The notes: generated by a model not told the origin, from the sequence alone. DNA of 64,000 nt from Octopus sinensis (GCF_006345805.1 NC_043000.1:85126001-85190000), one strand, 5' to 3'. Shown: positions 39,778-54,445, numbered from the stretch's first letter. Numbers and translations are program-made.

Positions 39778-39951
39778 TATGCATAAATATATTGTTCCAA
39801 GAAGCATCTTATGAATGCTCTCATCTGTAATGTTCCTGAGGTCTCAGGGGGTTTGAAGCCTTTCAACATCAGATCCTCTGAGTAAATGCATTACACACAC
39901 ACACATACACACACAGGTACACACCATATATCGCGAGATGAACATGTAGAT

Positions 39952-39984
<33 letters not shown>

Positions 39985-40115
39985 TATATAATAATAATAT
40001 ATAGATATATTATATAATATATATATATATATATATATACATCATACATATGTCTACCAATAAGCATAAAAAGAAGATGTGTATCTTCTCTCTCTCTCTC
40101 TCTCTCCTCTATATA

Positions 40116-40149
<34 letters not shown>

Positions 40150-40158
40150 CATACATTA

Positions 40159-40208
<50 letters not shown>

Positions 40209-41060
40209 ATATACATGTGTATCTGTGTGTATGCTTACATTCTTTGCTATATCTATTTATAATATATTGCAAAATATACCTATATATACATATATGCATA
40301 TATATGCAAACAGGAAAAATAGAACTCAGTATATGTGTATATGTATATTTTTATGTGTAAAAAGGTATGTATGTATGTATGTATGTATGTGTGTATGTAT
40401 GTATGTATGTATGTACGTATGTATGTACGTATTTACGTATATGTATTCATACATGGCAACTGTTAGCTCATAGACGAGCATGACCATCGTGTACACGTAC
40501 ATTCATGAAGTCTATATTCCTTGACAAATATTGAATTGTATTTCGTCCTGCATAAATGAAACCACTGCACATTTAGCTACACTACACTACACACACAAAC
40601 ACACACACACGCACGCTCGCATGCGCACACACATTTATACATCGATGTTTTCTTCACGTTATCCTTCTCTGTCGCGCTCTCTCTTCCCACTTATTTTCGC
40701 TATCACCTACAGTATATACCACTCACCAACTACCTTTTCACACCAAGCATTCAATATATATATATTGCATGGTTGGTGAAATCTGTATCGTTTCTATTTC
40801 TTTTTCTTCTGCTTCTCTTATTCCTTTTACTTCTCTTTCATAAACAGTATAACTCGAAACGTTAGACCCTACACTAGTCCTTTCATTTGGCGTACTTATT
40901 TCCATTGTACTCAGTCTTCCTTGTTATTGTTTCCATTCATATTTGAACTCTTTTCCCACTAGTGCTTTATTTGTTGCTTAATCTCTTCTACTATAGTCGA
41001 GCCGACCAAAGTCTTATAAGTAGATTTGGTAGACGGAGAGTGAAAGAAGTCCGTCGCATA

Positions 41061-43130
<2,070 letters not shown>

Positions 43131-43581
43131 AGCAGGATAAAACTGGAGTGACCACATGAGCGTATAATATATAGTTGAAATTTACAGAAAAACAAAAGAC
43201 GAAGACAGGTGTATGAACAACAAGCAGGTGTTTTAGTTTGACGTTCGGGAAAGTGAAAAGGTTTTTTACGCTTAATAATAAGAGAAAATAAACAGAGAAT
43301 TAAAAAAATGTGGTATTAACGGTCAAGCATGGCGACTGGTCAGAAAAAAAAACGGTTTGACAGGAGAGGTTGAAAGAAGCGGAAATAAACTATTGGTGAT
43401 CCCAAAACAAAGGTGCACGTGCGTGTGTGTATGTGATAATGCGTAAGTGTGTGTGTCTGTAACGTGTGGCAGTGTAGCTGATGGTGTGTGGGTGTGCAGA
43501 TGATGGTGTGTGGTGCGGGTGGCTAGAAGTGGTCAGTGCTAGTGTATGTGTGTGTATATATATATATATATATATAATATA

Positions 43582-43610
<29 letters not shown>

Positions 43611-43613
<3 letters not shown>

Positions 43614-44237
43614 TTGTTCCACGTCCTCGCGTTGTTGTGTTTTTTTTTGTGCTTTCTTGTTTGGATTAACTTTATATACCGCACGCTCACACGGACCCCG
43701 GCCCTCTGAGTGCCTTGGATACCAATTCCTGGGTTTTTACACCTACGGATTACTGTTACCATTCTTCCGGAGTACGCCACTGAAATCGTGATTGGAAAGC
43801 AAAAAAATTTGTCCGTGACTCTTCCACTTTTTCCTCGTCCTTTTTACCTTTCTTCTTCTACTTCCATTTTTCCACTTGTGTCGCCACCACTTACACCTAC
43901 ACAGACATTCACTACTTCTCAACATGCCTGACTTGCACTCGTTCCTCCAACACCTTCAATCCCTTCTTTACTCTCCTGTCTTTGAAAACACCTTTCTTCA
44001 CCCATTTCCTTCCGGTCTTTCAAAATGTGGCCTCGTGTGTACCGTTGGCGATTTTTTTCCTCTGTCTTCCCTTCTCTGGATCTTTCTTTCTCCTATGTTT
44101 CCGATGAAGAGCTCCGCTCGAAACGTTAAACCCTCCTTCTTTCCTTCTTTCCTGAGCGTCCAATAATACTATATTTGTTCCACGTCCTCGCGTTGTTGTG
44201 CTTTTTTGTGCTTTCTTGTTTGAATTAACTTTATATA
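43611..44237 (+). mobile_element. Family B Penelope-like element with a ~66-bp terminal direct repeat
   Basis: 43611-43678 repeats at 44172-44237 (offset 561); hammerhead-like motif at 44097-44131; TA flanks. Confidence 0.8.
44097..44131 (+). ncRNA. Minimal type-I hammerhead-like motif, CCGAUGA core
   Basis: GTTT-CCGATGA-A-GAGC-TCC-GCTC-GAAAC-GTT-AAAC. Confidence 0.55.
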
Positions 44238-44479
44238 TAATTCTAGTTGATCAAACTTTGCGCACATCAGCGAGTGTAACAACGCACAAACGAATACGCC
44301 CTACGATCCAAAGACGCAATTCAAAGCCCAATACAACTATCAGGAAGATTTTATTCCGGGAAAATTTCCGCAGCGAAGGGTATTCAGGTGTTCAAGTGTA
44401 CTTGAATGTGTTATGTATGACTTTAAACGAATATATTTTATTCAACACTGCTTCCTGCGACTTTTCTTAATGAACTGTA

Positions 44480-45232
44480 GCTTCACATCAACGAATGTGT
44501 TTGCTGTTGCAATATAAGAATGAATCGTTCTTTCAAGCTGTAAAATAAAATCTTCCCACATCCGAGTGTCTGCGGACGTGTTAAATACAACTTTACACGG
44601 ACATACATGATGGCTTCCCCCTCGTTATCGAGTATGGCCATTGCACGAAGCTTAACTGTTATTGGTGCTGTGATCGAATGTGACTTTTATTTGCTTTTTA
44701 AGGCTACAGCCAGCCATTCAGTTGAGGCTCACAGCACCATCAACAATCATGAACAATGTTGTTATCGTGCAGTGCCCGTGTAAGAAGATTTTTTTAAAGT
44801 GAGGAAAGGCTGTGCACTGAGTCAATCACACTCACTAAGCAACAGCAGCCATAATCCGAAAAGAAGAACATGTCAACATCATCGGTAACCACTGAGTCGC
44901 AGGTTTTATGTCGAAGTTATCCCAGTTACCTGAGTTACCTTCTCCTAGAAGAATGCCCTAACAAAGGCTAGGAGTCCTTCACTCCCAATAGTTTAACCGC
45001 GCGATCGGGTATTCAGTCCGATTATTTCTATGTCCCCGTGCATGATACAGCCTTAAGCCGTAAGAGAAAAAAAAATACAGATTTATCGGATGGCCGTTGA
45101 CTCTCAAGAGTTCCTCCGCCCTTTGACTGTTTTGTTTTTCATCCCGCAGGGTGTCCAATAATCACCCTCCTCACCAAGCAAGCTTGGTGGGGTTGCCGGT
45201 TTAGTCGCCGACGGCCCGACCATGCAACACGA
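44480..45232 (-). mobile_element. Probable RTE-type LINE 5' UTR-derived element
   Basis: CCTTCTCCTAGA...AAGGCTAG segment resembles the antisense of RTE 5' UTRs; several hairpins at 45140-45230; starts at (TACA)n. Assignment from memory. Confidence 0.4.
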
Positions 45233-45371
45233 ATATACATACATACATACATACATACATACATACATACATACATACATACATACATACATACATACAT
45301 ACATACTTATATACATACATACATACATACATACATACATACATACATACATACATACATACATACATACA

Positions 45372-45405
<34 letters not shown>

Positions 45406-45417
45406 CATACATACATA

Positions 45418-45720
45418 CTGCTTCGAAATCTTCGGCTTCTATATCCAGATTATAAATTCACATTTATAGCAATAGTTATTGGTGCACTTGGTTTTGTGAG
45501 TAAATGCCTGAGTGACAATCTGGATAGGCTAGGCCTCTCAGAAATAGAAATCAACCAACTAACTCGCACATTACAAACACAATGTGTAAGTGGAACAGTA
45601 AAATTCTGCAAGACTTCTTTCAAGTTTAAAATGTGATGTTTTTGTTATTTATATTCCAGCGATGGAGCTTTGTAACGTTGTTAGAAACTAGCTCCTTCCT
45701 CAGAGGAAGAATTTAAATAA
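45418..45720 (+). mobile_element. 3' end of an RLE-type (R4-like) non-LTR element
   Basis: 45418-45636 open: LLRNLRLLYPDYKFTFIAIVIGALGFVSKCL...LQTQCVSGTVKFCKTSFKFKM*. Confidence 0.7.
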
Positions 45721-46036
45721 TTAAAAGCAGGAGAGAACATGGATGTATAATAAGTTCGATTCACAGCATTGAACTACCGATAGATTACAAATGCTTAAAA
45801 GAAAGGCTAATATAATAGATGAAAAAGAGAGTGAAGCAATTAAGAGCAACCGTTTTATTCCCTATTTATTAAGTACTTCTGAACCGTACATAAATATTTA
45901 TAAAATTTAGATAATAAATTTAAATTAAGTGATAAATTTGGACTATATAAAAACTATAATTACATTATATTAAAACATCAGTGTAAATATATTCCATTTG
46001 ATCTTTACATTCGCGATGCTAAATGCACAATGAAAC

Positions 46037-46092
<56 letters not shown>

Positions 46093-46215
46093 TGTAATGT
46101 ATACATTCATGCATATATATTGAAACACATATAGATATAGGTATTACACATACACACACACACACACACAACACACACACACACACACACACACACGTAC
46201 GCACACACACATATG

Positions 46216-47214
46216 GATATATATCCAAGATCAGAATAAAACTAGAAATTTGTTTACAATTATTTTATTATAATATCATGAATTACATAATCTTTGCACG
46301 CTTTTCACAAGCAATTTTTTTAATTATAACATCATGAATTACATAATCTTTACACGTGTTTCACTAGCGTATACTAGAATGCTGTGCGGCAGTCGAGAAA
46401 AATCACGAGTAAAGAAAAATAAGCAAGAAAGTGTTAAGAGAAATGGGAAATAAAAGTTATGTTCCTTTAACCCAGTAGATGAAGAATATTGTTAACGTTG
46501 TGTGCTTACATGTAAAATAGTTTGTCCAGTGGAGGTAGACGAATAAGGAAAGAGTATGTGTCTAATCCGTAGAGGTGGGGAGGAGTGTCTTCCAGTTCGA
46601 TAACAGAAACTTGCCGAGCTACTGCCATCTCGTAAAAGAATTTAGAAGGTCACTGCAATTCTAATGATGATATGTATGCTTTAAGCAACGAGGTATCTGC
46701 ATCCATTAATGTGTATCCTAGATCTCTCTACAATGTTCCACTTGACGGTGTATGATATATTGCTGTCCTATATTGGATTCTGCAAAAATGACTTCAGAAA
46801 GAGATGCTCCAACTACCAGTCTTCCTTCAAGTCACATCGACAAAAAGAAACGCATAAACTATACGTAGGATTTGAGGGACAGACGTAGTATGTGTATTCA
46901 AAATAATTAATGTATTACTGAAGAATCAGATACTTACTGCTACATATCTAACACCAGATCATCGAAAGAAAATAGTAATTTACTCCAGTTCTTAAACTGT
47001 ATCTGCCTGTCAGCAGATGCTGATAAACTAACAATGAAGTAAATGGTTATTTTTTGTGCATTATAGGGTAATTATACAAACGTCTTTGTAACAATTACCA
47101 TATAGCATTCTGGTATACGCTAGTGAAAAACGTGTAAAGACTATGTAATTTATGATATTATAACGAAAAAATATTTTACCAAATATTCAGTTTCATTCTG
47201 ATCTTAGATATACT
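46216..47214. mobile_element. ~1-kb element with ~110-120-bp inverted arms
   Basis: 46216-46383 (with an internal ~55-bp tandem duplication) is the reverse complement of 47104-47214. Confidence 0.75.
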
Positions 47215-47385
47215 CTCTATAATCCATTCAAATGTCTATATTACCAAATGAAAATCGGAGGACACACTCTATTAAATATTTGATTGGAAGTTGGCCACAC
47301 ATAGATTTACATGGAGTTCTAAGCAAAGGATGTCATACTGTCTCAGCAACTTTTCAATACTATACATACATACATACATATAACA

Positions 47386-47466
<81 letters not shown>

Positions 47467-47482
47467 TATATATATATATATA

Positions 47483-47668
47483 GGTTAATCCAAACAAGAA
47501 ACAAAAAGACAACAACGCAAGAGGTGGAACAATTAAAGTATTATTAGGCGCTCAGGAAAAAAGGGAAGAAGGAGGGTATGACGTTTCGAGCGGAGCTCTT
47601 CGTCGGAAACATAAGAGAAAGAAAGATCCCGAGGTGGGAGGACAGAGGGAAAAAAACGCGAGTGGTCT
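47483..47668 (-). mobile_element. Family B Penelope-like 3' end with a hammerhead-like motif at 47576-47610
   Basis: Minus strand: GTTT-CCGACGA-A-GAGC-TCC-GCTC-GAAAC-GTC-ATAC. Confidence 0.7.
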
Positions 47669-48088
47669 TCATATATATATATATATATATATAAACTGCA
47701 AAATGTCTGTGTATCTGTGTGTAGGTGTGTCGTTTATAAAAATCCATTTTTTCACGTAAAAGGCTCGCATTTTCTATAGGCTTTCAAAACTGTCTGAGGG
47801 TCATCATTAAGATCTTTTCATTTCCCCAGTCACCCCAGAAAGCCATTAAAAAATTGATAAACCGACCACTTATGCTCATAAGTTATGGGCATATGGGCAT
47901 TGCCGCAGCCCAATGAATATTAATTACTCTCATAAAAAGCAACAACTAGCTCATAAACAACATAACTGGCCCGGGCTGAAATATGATAAGAAAATTAGCT
48001 CTTGATTTAGCGAGAAATTTTTACTGCGACCCGGCAACGAACAACAAGCACTAGCACTAGACCCGGCAGCGCCGGTTCATAGTGCTAG
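47669..48088 (+). mobile_element. Non-autonomous Helitron, second family
   Basis: TC-(TA)n-AAACTGC start, hairpin ACCCGGCAGCGCCGGT, CTAG|T end; a partial duplicate of the 3' end lies just upstream. Confidence 0.7.
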
Positions 48089-48122
48089 TGTAATAGTGCT
48101 AGTGTGTATATATATATATATT

Positions 48123-48207
<85 letters not shown>

Positions 48208-48429
48208 TAGATAAATAGATAGATAGATAGATCAACACATTATTTATAAGCAAAACTTACTTGGAAGAGGATGTGTGCCGTTAAATATATATATAAATAT
48301 ATATATTCTTTTCTTTTCTTCTTTTTTTAGTTTCAGCTCAAGAGCTGTGGCCATGCTGGGGTACTGCCATTTGGTGTTGCTACATAATTTTACTTCACGA
48401 ATGCTTTTTAGGAATTACATATATGTATG

Positions 48430-48483
<54 letters not shown>

Positions 48484-48530
48484 ATAGAGAAGAGATATAT
48501 ATAGATATATATAAATATATATATGAACAT

Positions 48531-48573
<43 letters not shown>

Positions 48574-48627
48574 AATGTGCGTTAAATATATTATATACAT
48601 ACACACACCACACACGCACACACACAC

Positions 48628-48680
<53 letters not shown>

Positions 48681-48695
48681 AGAAGAGAGAGAGAG

Positions 48696-49380
48696 AGATT
48701 GGTTTAAAAGACAGAACCACCTTCAAACAACTCAATCAACATTGAACAACGTTATCTATGATAGAGGTATGCAATATTAAATATTATCAACTTAATACCT
48801 GCAATTACTAATCTGATTCATATACATTAGATAGACTACACGCGTTTCATGACAGTAAATCTATCGATATTGCTACAGTAGCAGCTCTCGAAATTCAATA
48901 CTTTATCGACCCGACTATACAGCCATTCTTCAGGTCTGGATTATATAAAACTATTTTACTATTTACTATTAGGAGAGTAAGGAGACAAGTTAAATGTTTC
49001 TTTTTCTTTTCCCGATTTTTATGCTTTATTTCGTTCGTTTTTAGTTAAGATAAATTATTTCGATGATTTTTAAATGTATAAGTTTAATTATCATGTTTCT
49101 ATATAGGTTGTAAATAGTAAAATGGTTTTATATAATCCAGACCTAAAGAATAGCAGTATAGTCGGATCGATAAAGTATTAAATTTCGAGATCATCTACTT
49201 TAGCAATATCGATAGATTTACTGTCACGAAACGCGCGTAGTCTATCTAATGTATAAGAATCAGATTAGTAATTGCAGGCAATAAGTTGATAATATTTAAT
49301 ATTATATACATCTATCATAGATAACGTCGTTCAAGGTTGATTGAGTTGCATGAAGGTGGTTCTGTCTCTTAAACCAATCT
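48696..49380. repeat. Palindrome with ~270-bp arms: head-to-head pLTR-like pair, one hammerhead per arm
   Basis: 48696-48966 is the reverse complement of 49110-49380; 143-bp spacer; microsatellite flanks. Confidence 0.9.
48833..48937 (-). ncRNA. Canonical-core type-I hammerhead with a long stem II
   Basis: Minus strand: AGAC-CTGAAGA-ATGGCTGTA...TACTGTCAT-GAAAC-GCGT-GTA-GTCT. The mirror copy at 49139-49243 (+) has core CTAAAGA. Confidence 0.7.
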
Positions 49381-49442
49381 ATAATATATAAATATATATG
49401 AATATATGGTCTAAATATATATAATATATATATATATATATA

Positions 49443-49486
<44 letters not shown>

Positions 49487-49647
49487 ATATACATATATAT
49501 TATATATACATATATAAAATATACACAAATGTATATATAAAAATATATATATAAATATATTATATATATATATTATATTATATATATATATATTATATAT
49601 TATATATAGTTATATATATTATATATGTATGTATAATATTATATATA

Positions 49648-50921
49648 CGAGGGGCGTTCAATAAGTAATGCCCCTGACCCACTTGCAGTTGTTCGATTTT
49701 GCATGTGCAATTATCTATATCTCTATAGATTAAGTGGCAAATTACAGCTCTGAACTAATTGTGGCTTCTGATTTACAGGTGTTTGAACTGAGTCAAGTGT
49801 GAAATGGAGCATGTTGAATGTCGAGCAGTGATCCGGTTTTTGTATTTGAAAGGACGCACACCACGGGAGACTTTTGATGAAATGAAAGTAACTTATGGTG
49901 ATAATGCCCCATCATATGAACTTGTAAAACACTGGCATCGTGAATTCAAACATGGTCGGAACTCTGTGGAAACAGCTCCCAGATCTGGTCGCTCCCCTTC
50001 TGCCATTGATGAGGCATCTGTCCGTCAAATTGAGGCTGCCATTTTGGAAGATCGACGCATAACTATTCGCCAAATAGCCCATGAGGTCAAGATTAGTACC
50101 GGGTCTGTGGAAACTATAATTCATGACCATTTGCATATGCAAAAGGTGTCTGCTAGATGGATTCCCAGGTTGCTCACATCTTTCCAGAAGCAAGAACGCG
50201 TCGAGTGCTCGAGGATGAATTTGGAGATGTGCCAAGAAGATGAGTCAAAATTGTTCAAAAGACTGATTACACAGGATGAAACCTGGGTCCATCACTTTGA
50301 TCCAGAGACCAAAGCCCAGTCAATGCAGTGGAAGCACCGTGACTCACCTCCTCCAAAGAAGGCAAGGGTTCAGCCCTCCGCTGACAAGGTCATGCTCACA
50401 TTCTTCTGGAACTAGGACGGAGTAGTGATGACAGATTTCCTGGCAAATGGTGCCACAATTACAGAGCCTATTATGCTCACTTTTTGAAATTAAAGAAGCT
50501 ATCAAAATCAAGAGGCGGGGCAAGATCAGCAAAGGCATCCTCCTCCTGCAGGACACTCTCCGGTCCACAACTCGCGTGTCGCCAGATCAGAAGCACAGCG
50601 TGCGGCTATGAACTCCTCCCCCATCCCCCTACTCTCCTGACCTTGCACCCTCTGATTTTCACCTCTTCCCAGCCATGAAGTTGTTTTTTGAAGGAAAGCG
50701 TTTCCCAGATGATGCAGCCTTGATTTTCGAAGTCACGTCGTGGTTGGAGGACCAAGCTGGTGTCTTCTACAAAAACGGTCTTCAGAGCTGCATCAAGCGA
50801 TGGGGAGAAATGCGTAACTCTGGGTGGTTCCTATGTAGAAATATTAATAACTATGCCAATTTCGTTTGCTCTACTGCTATGGGAAGTGGGGTCAGGGGCA
50901 TTACTTATTGAACGCCCCTCG
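49648..50921 (+). mobile_element. Full-length mariner (irritans-like), 1274 bp
   Basis: 33-bp perfect TIR CGAGGGGCGTTCAATAAGTAATGCCCCTGACCC with TA on both sides. Confidence 0.95.
49804..50846 (+). pseudogene. D,D34D mariner transposase, disrupted
   Basis: HTH region, WIPRLL, TQDETW, stop at 50413-50415, then frameshifted LLLQD, LLPHPP-SPDLAPSDFHLF and GSYVE. Confidence 0.92.
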
Positions 50922-51105
50922 TATATAATAAATTTATTTATATATATATATATATATAATAAGTAGTTGAATGAATTATCTTACTATTACTATGGATATT
51001 CGGTTAACCGATACCTGGATAGCAAATTCACGTCAGAAAAACACGTGAAAAAATATTATAGATATATATATATATATATAATAATATATATATATATATA
51101 TATAT

Positions 51106-51172
<67 letters not shown>

Positions 51173-51194
51173 TACATAGATATATATGTAATAA

Positions 51195-51245
<51 letters not shown>

Positions 51246-51249
51246 TATT

Positions 51250-52065
51250 GATAAATGGTAAGATAACAAAAGAAAGAAAGAGACCTCATATTATGTAAAT
51301 AGAGGAAATTTATCTATACAATAATATGTTACTTTACTCGGTAGTCAAGATCTCTTCGGTTATCTGGTTATTTGAAAACGCTATGAAAAAATACCGTTAA
51401 ATAAAGGGAAATTACTGTGTTATAACTCTGCTTGCCTGCGTACTAATACATCGCTCGCATTTTTCGTCATAAAAATACATAAAAAATATATAAAAATATA
51501 TAAAAATATATAAAATCTTCTTGGGACATAACAGAAAGCATGTTCTATCTGTTTTCTTTAGGGGACCAAAAACGTAACAGAAATTTAGTCACATGTGGGC
51601 ATGATCCGAAAAGTTCTGTCATTGTATTTAGACATGTAGTAGGGTTTAAGCTGCTTTTCCAGATAAGCCATCTCTCCATGTCGCATAGACCGCACCTTCC
51701 GCTGCCGTTGGTATAGGGCTACATCTGGCCAAAATCTTCCATTGTATGTTATAATCGACAACTTTATCTCTTAAAGACCAAATATGATTAGATAATTGTG
51801 TCGCTTTTCTTTTGTGTTCCAGTGCCTAAAGCTCAAAGTGTGGTTATTGAACCTGGCCTTGAAATTACCCTCTGTAAGGCCCACGTATTTCTTCGTCGAA
51901 ACGGTGTCTTTAGTGGTTATAGAGTTTACGGTAGCTTCATATATGATGGTCTTGGACATGCAAGCTCCATTAGCGGGCACAATTCTTTATTCCTGCATGA
52001 ACAGCTGTTTTCTTTCTGTTGTTTTTTGTATGTTATGTTTGATTATGTTTTTTAAAATTGGTAGT
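51250..52065 (-). mobile_element. Penelope-like element 3' fragment (Cys-rich linker, GIY-YIG, UTR)
   Basis: Frameshifted CSCRNKELCP.NGACM, IIYEATV, YVGLTEGNFKARFNNHTLSF, RCGLCDME and LNTMTELFGSCPH; 3' end shared with 38006-38069. Confidence 0.8.
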
Positions 52066-52089
52066 TGAACTAAAACTAATTTTTAAATT

Positions 52090-53118
52090 GGGCATCCCCC
52101 ACCACATGGCCTCCAAACACTACCATTAACAAAGTAGCACCAACAATTATAAAATTCATTGGGCACTCTATGAATAAATGGCAACAGTGCTACAGCTCCA
52201 AACAAAAGAGGGACTCATGAAACCAAAGCCATCCCCATTAGAAGAGGAATATTCCAAGGAGACACGCTCTCTCCACTCCTTTCTGCTTGGCACTTCCCCT
52301 CTATCTGATATGCTAATAGAACTGGATGCGGATATAAATGTTACGGCAAAAAACGATCAGCCACCTTTTATATATGGATGACCTAAAACTATACGCTGCA
52401 AATGACAAACACTGGAAACAATATTAAGACAGTTCATGGATTTACCAAAGAAATAGATATTAAATTTGATTAGAAAAATGCGCCAAAGTAACCACGAAAG
52501 AGGAAAACTAGTTAAGAGTAGCAACATCCCACTAGATAAAACCAATGAAATAAAAGAATTAGACGAAAGCCAAACTTACAAATACTTAGTGAAATCCATG
52601 AACTAGATAAGACCAACACACACAAATGAAAGAGAAAATAAAGAAAGAATATTATAGACGAGTTAGATCAATACTAAAAACAGAGCTCAATGCTAAAAAC
52701 AAGATATAGGTATTAACACTTTAGCTGTCCCAGTTATAAGTTCAGCTACAATCTCATCCTTAACAGGACACTAAATGAACTGACCAAATTAGATAGGAAA
52801 ACAAGAAAAAATATGACAGAATCTAGGATGCATCACCCAAAATCTGACATAGAAAGACTATATATACAACGTATAGAAGGTGTAGAGGCCTTATACAGCT
52901 GGAAACTACTATAAAATAACCACGATAGGACTGCAAAAATATCTACTTCAGAAGGAAGGAAAACTGATACAATAGCGGCCAAGACCGAGCAAAACAAAAA
53001 AATGTTCTCAGTCTTTAAGGAAGCTGACAAATACAAACAAGAAAATCATAACCACCTAACAAATATAAGAAGAAGAAGAGAAGAAGAAGAAGAAGAAGAA
53101 GAAGAAGAAGAAGAAGAA

Positions 53119-53149
<31 letters not shown>

Positions 53150-54106
53150 AAGAAGAAGAAGAAGAAGAAGAAGAAGAAACAACAAAGCTATCAAAAACAA
53201 ATGAATCCAACTAAAACTAGAACAGCAGCGAACCATGATAAAACGATGGCAAGAAAACCCCTTCACACGGTAAATACTGGACTAAACTAAATGCAAAACA
53301 AATAGACAAAGAAAAATCCCAGCAATGGTTGAGAAGCTCAGGACTCAAAGCAGAGACAGAGGGATTTTTAATTGCAGCACAAGACCAAAGCCTCCCACCA
53401 GAAATTACCAAAAACATGTATGAAAAGAAATATAACAAGTAACTGCAGAATATGTGGAGATGGACAAGAAACAATAAATCATATTATCTCTGGCTGCCCA
53501 GTCCTGCTAGAAGGAATATATTCACAGACATGACAGAGTTGGAACCTACATACACTGGAAGCTATGCCAACATTATGGAATAACAACAGAAAAAAGATGG
53601 TATAGGCACACACCAGAAAAGGTCACAGAAAACGAGAAAGCAACCATACTCTGGGATATGCCGATACACACAGATAGAGAAATTAAGGCCAACAGGCCAG
53701 ATATAGTTGTCAGATATCATGAAGAAAAAAAATGCTTTCTAATTGATGTATCAATACCGGCAGATGACAACGTGTCTCTAAAAGAAATGGAGAAACTTTC
53801 AAAATACAAAGACCTGGAAATGGAGGTAACCAGAATGTGGAATCTAAAAACAGAAACAATTCCTATCATAGTAGGTGCATTAGGCATTATAAAAAAATAT
53901 TCAGACAAATACATAACAAAAACACCAGGACTTACAAACACATATAACATACAGAAAATTGCACTACTAGGCACTGCACACATCCTACGCAGAACACTTT
54001 CCATACAATAACCGTCAGAGCATCACAACAAATCACAGCACATACCCAAGGCACACAGAGCTGCGCTCGGTAGTGAAGTGAAAGCACGCTATAAAAAATA
54101 AAACTA

Positions 54107-54109
<3 letters not shown>
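52090..54109 (+). mobile_element. 5'-truncated R4/Dong-type non-LTR retrotransposon
   Basis: RRGIFQGDTLSPL, YMDDLKLY, WLRSSGLKAETEGFLIAAQDQSL, CRICG..ETINHIISGC zinc knuckle, RPDIV...K..KYKDL endonuclease; ends in (AAT)n; many frameshifts. Confidence 0.88.
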
Positions 54110-54169
<60 letters not shown>

Positions 54170-54234
54170 AAGAAGAAGAAGAAGAAGAAGAAGAAGAAGA
54201 AGAGAAGAAGAAGAAGAAGAAGAAGAAGAAGAAG

Positions 54235-54275
<41 letters not shown>

Positions 54276-54276
54276 C
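54110..54276. repeat. Compound (AAT)n(AAG)n(AAC)n microsatellite
   Basis: Directly visible at the LINE 3' end. Confidence 0.95.
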
Positions 54277-54444
54277 GAAAAATACCTTAGGAATGAGAAC
54301 CCAGGTTCGAAAATTCCCCCAATACACCTGATGAAGGCTGGAACGTATAACAACCGAAAAGTTGTGTTAACAACAAAGATGAGGACAAATATCCGACAAA
54401 TGTAAATAATGTACATAATTCCTCGTCTCTTAAATATAGAACTG

Positions 54445-54445
<1 letters not shown>
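54277..54445 (+). mobile_element. Penelope-like 3' end with a decayed hammerhead at 54324-54367
   Basis: ACAC-CTGATGA-A-GGCTG...CAACC-GAAAA-GTT-GTGT; ends at (TA)n. Confidence 0.6.

Noticed and set aside
40835-40869. CTC-GAAAC-GTT-AGAC half hammerhead
   Set aside because: The 5' core and stem I are lost; at best a decayed relic.
45140-45232. HDV or twister ribozyme in the RTE-like UTR
   Set aside because: Only simple hairpins; no nested pseudoknot or twister consensus could be assembled.
46910-46985. CTGAAGA...GAAAG inside the 1-kb inverted-arm element
   Set aside because: No convincing stem II, stem III or stem I pairing.
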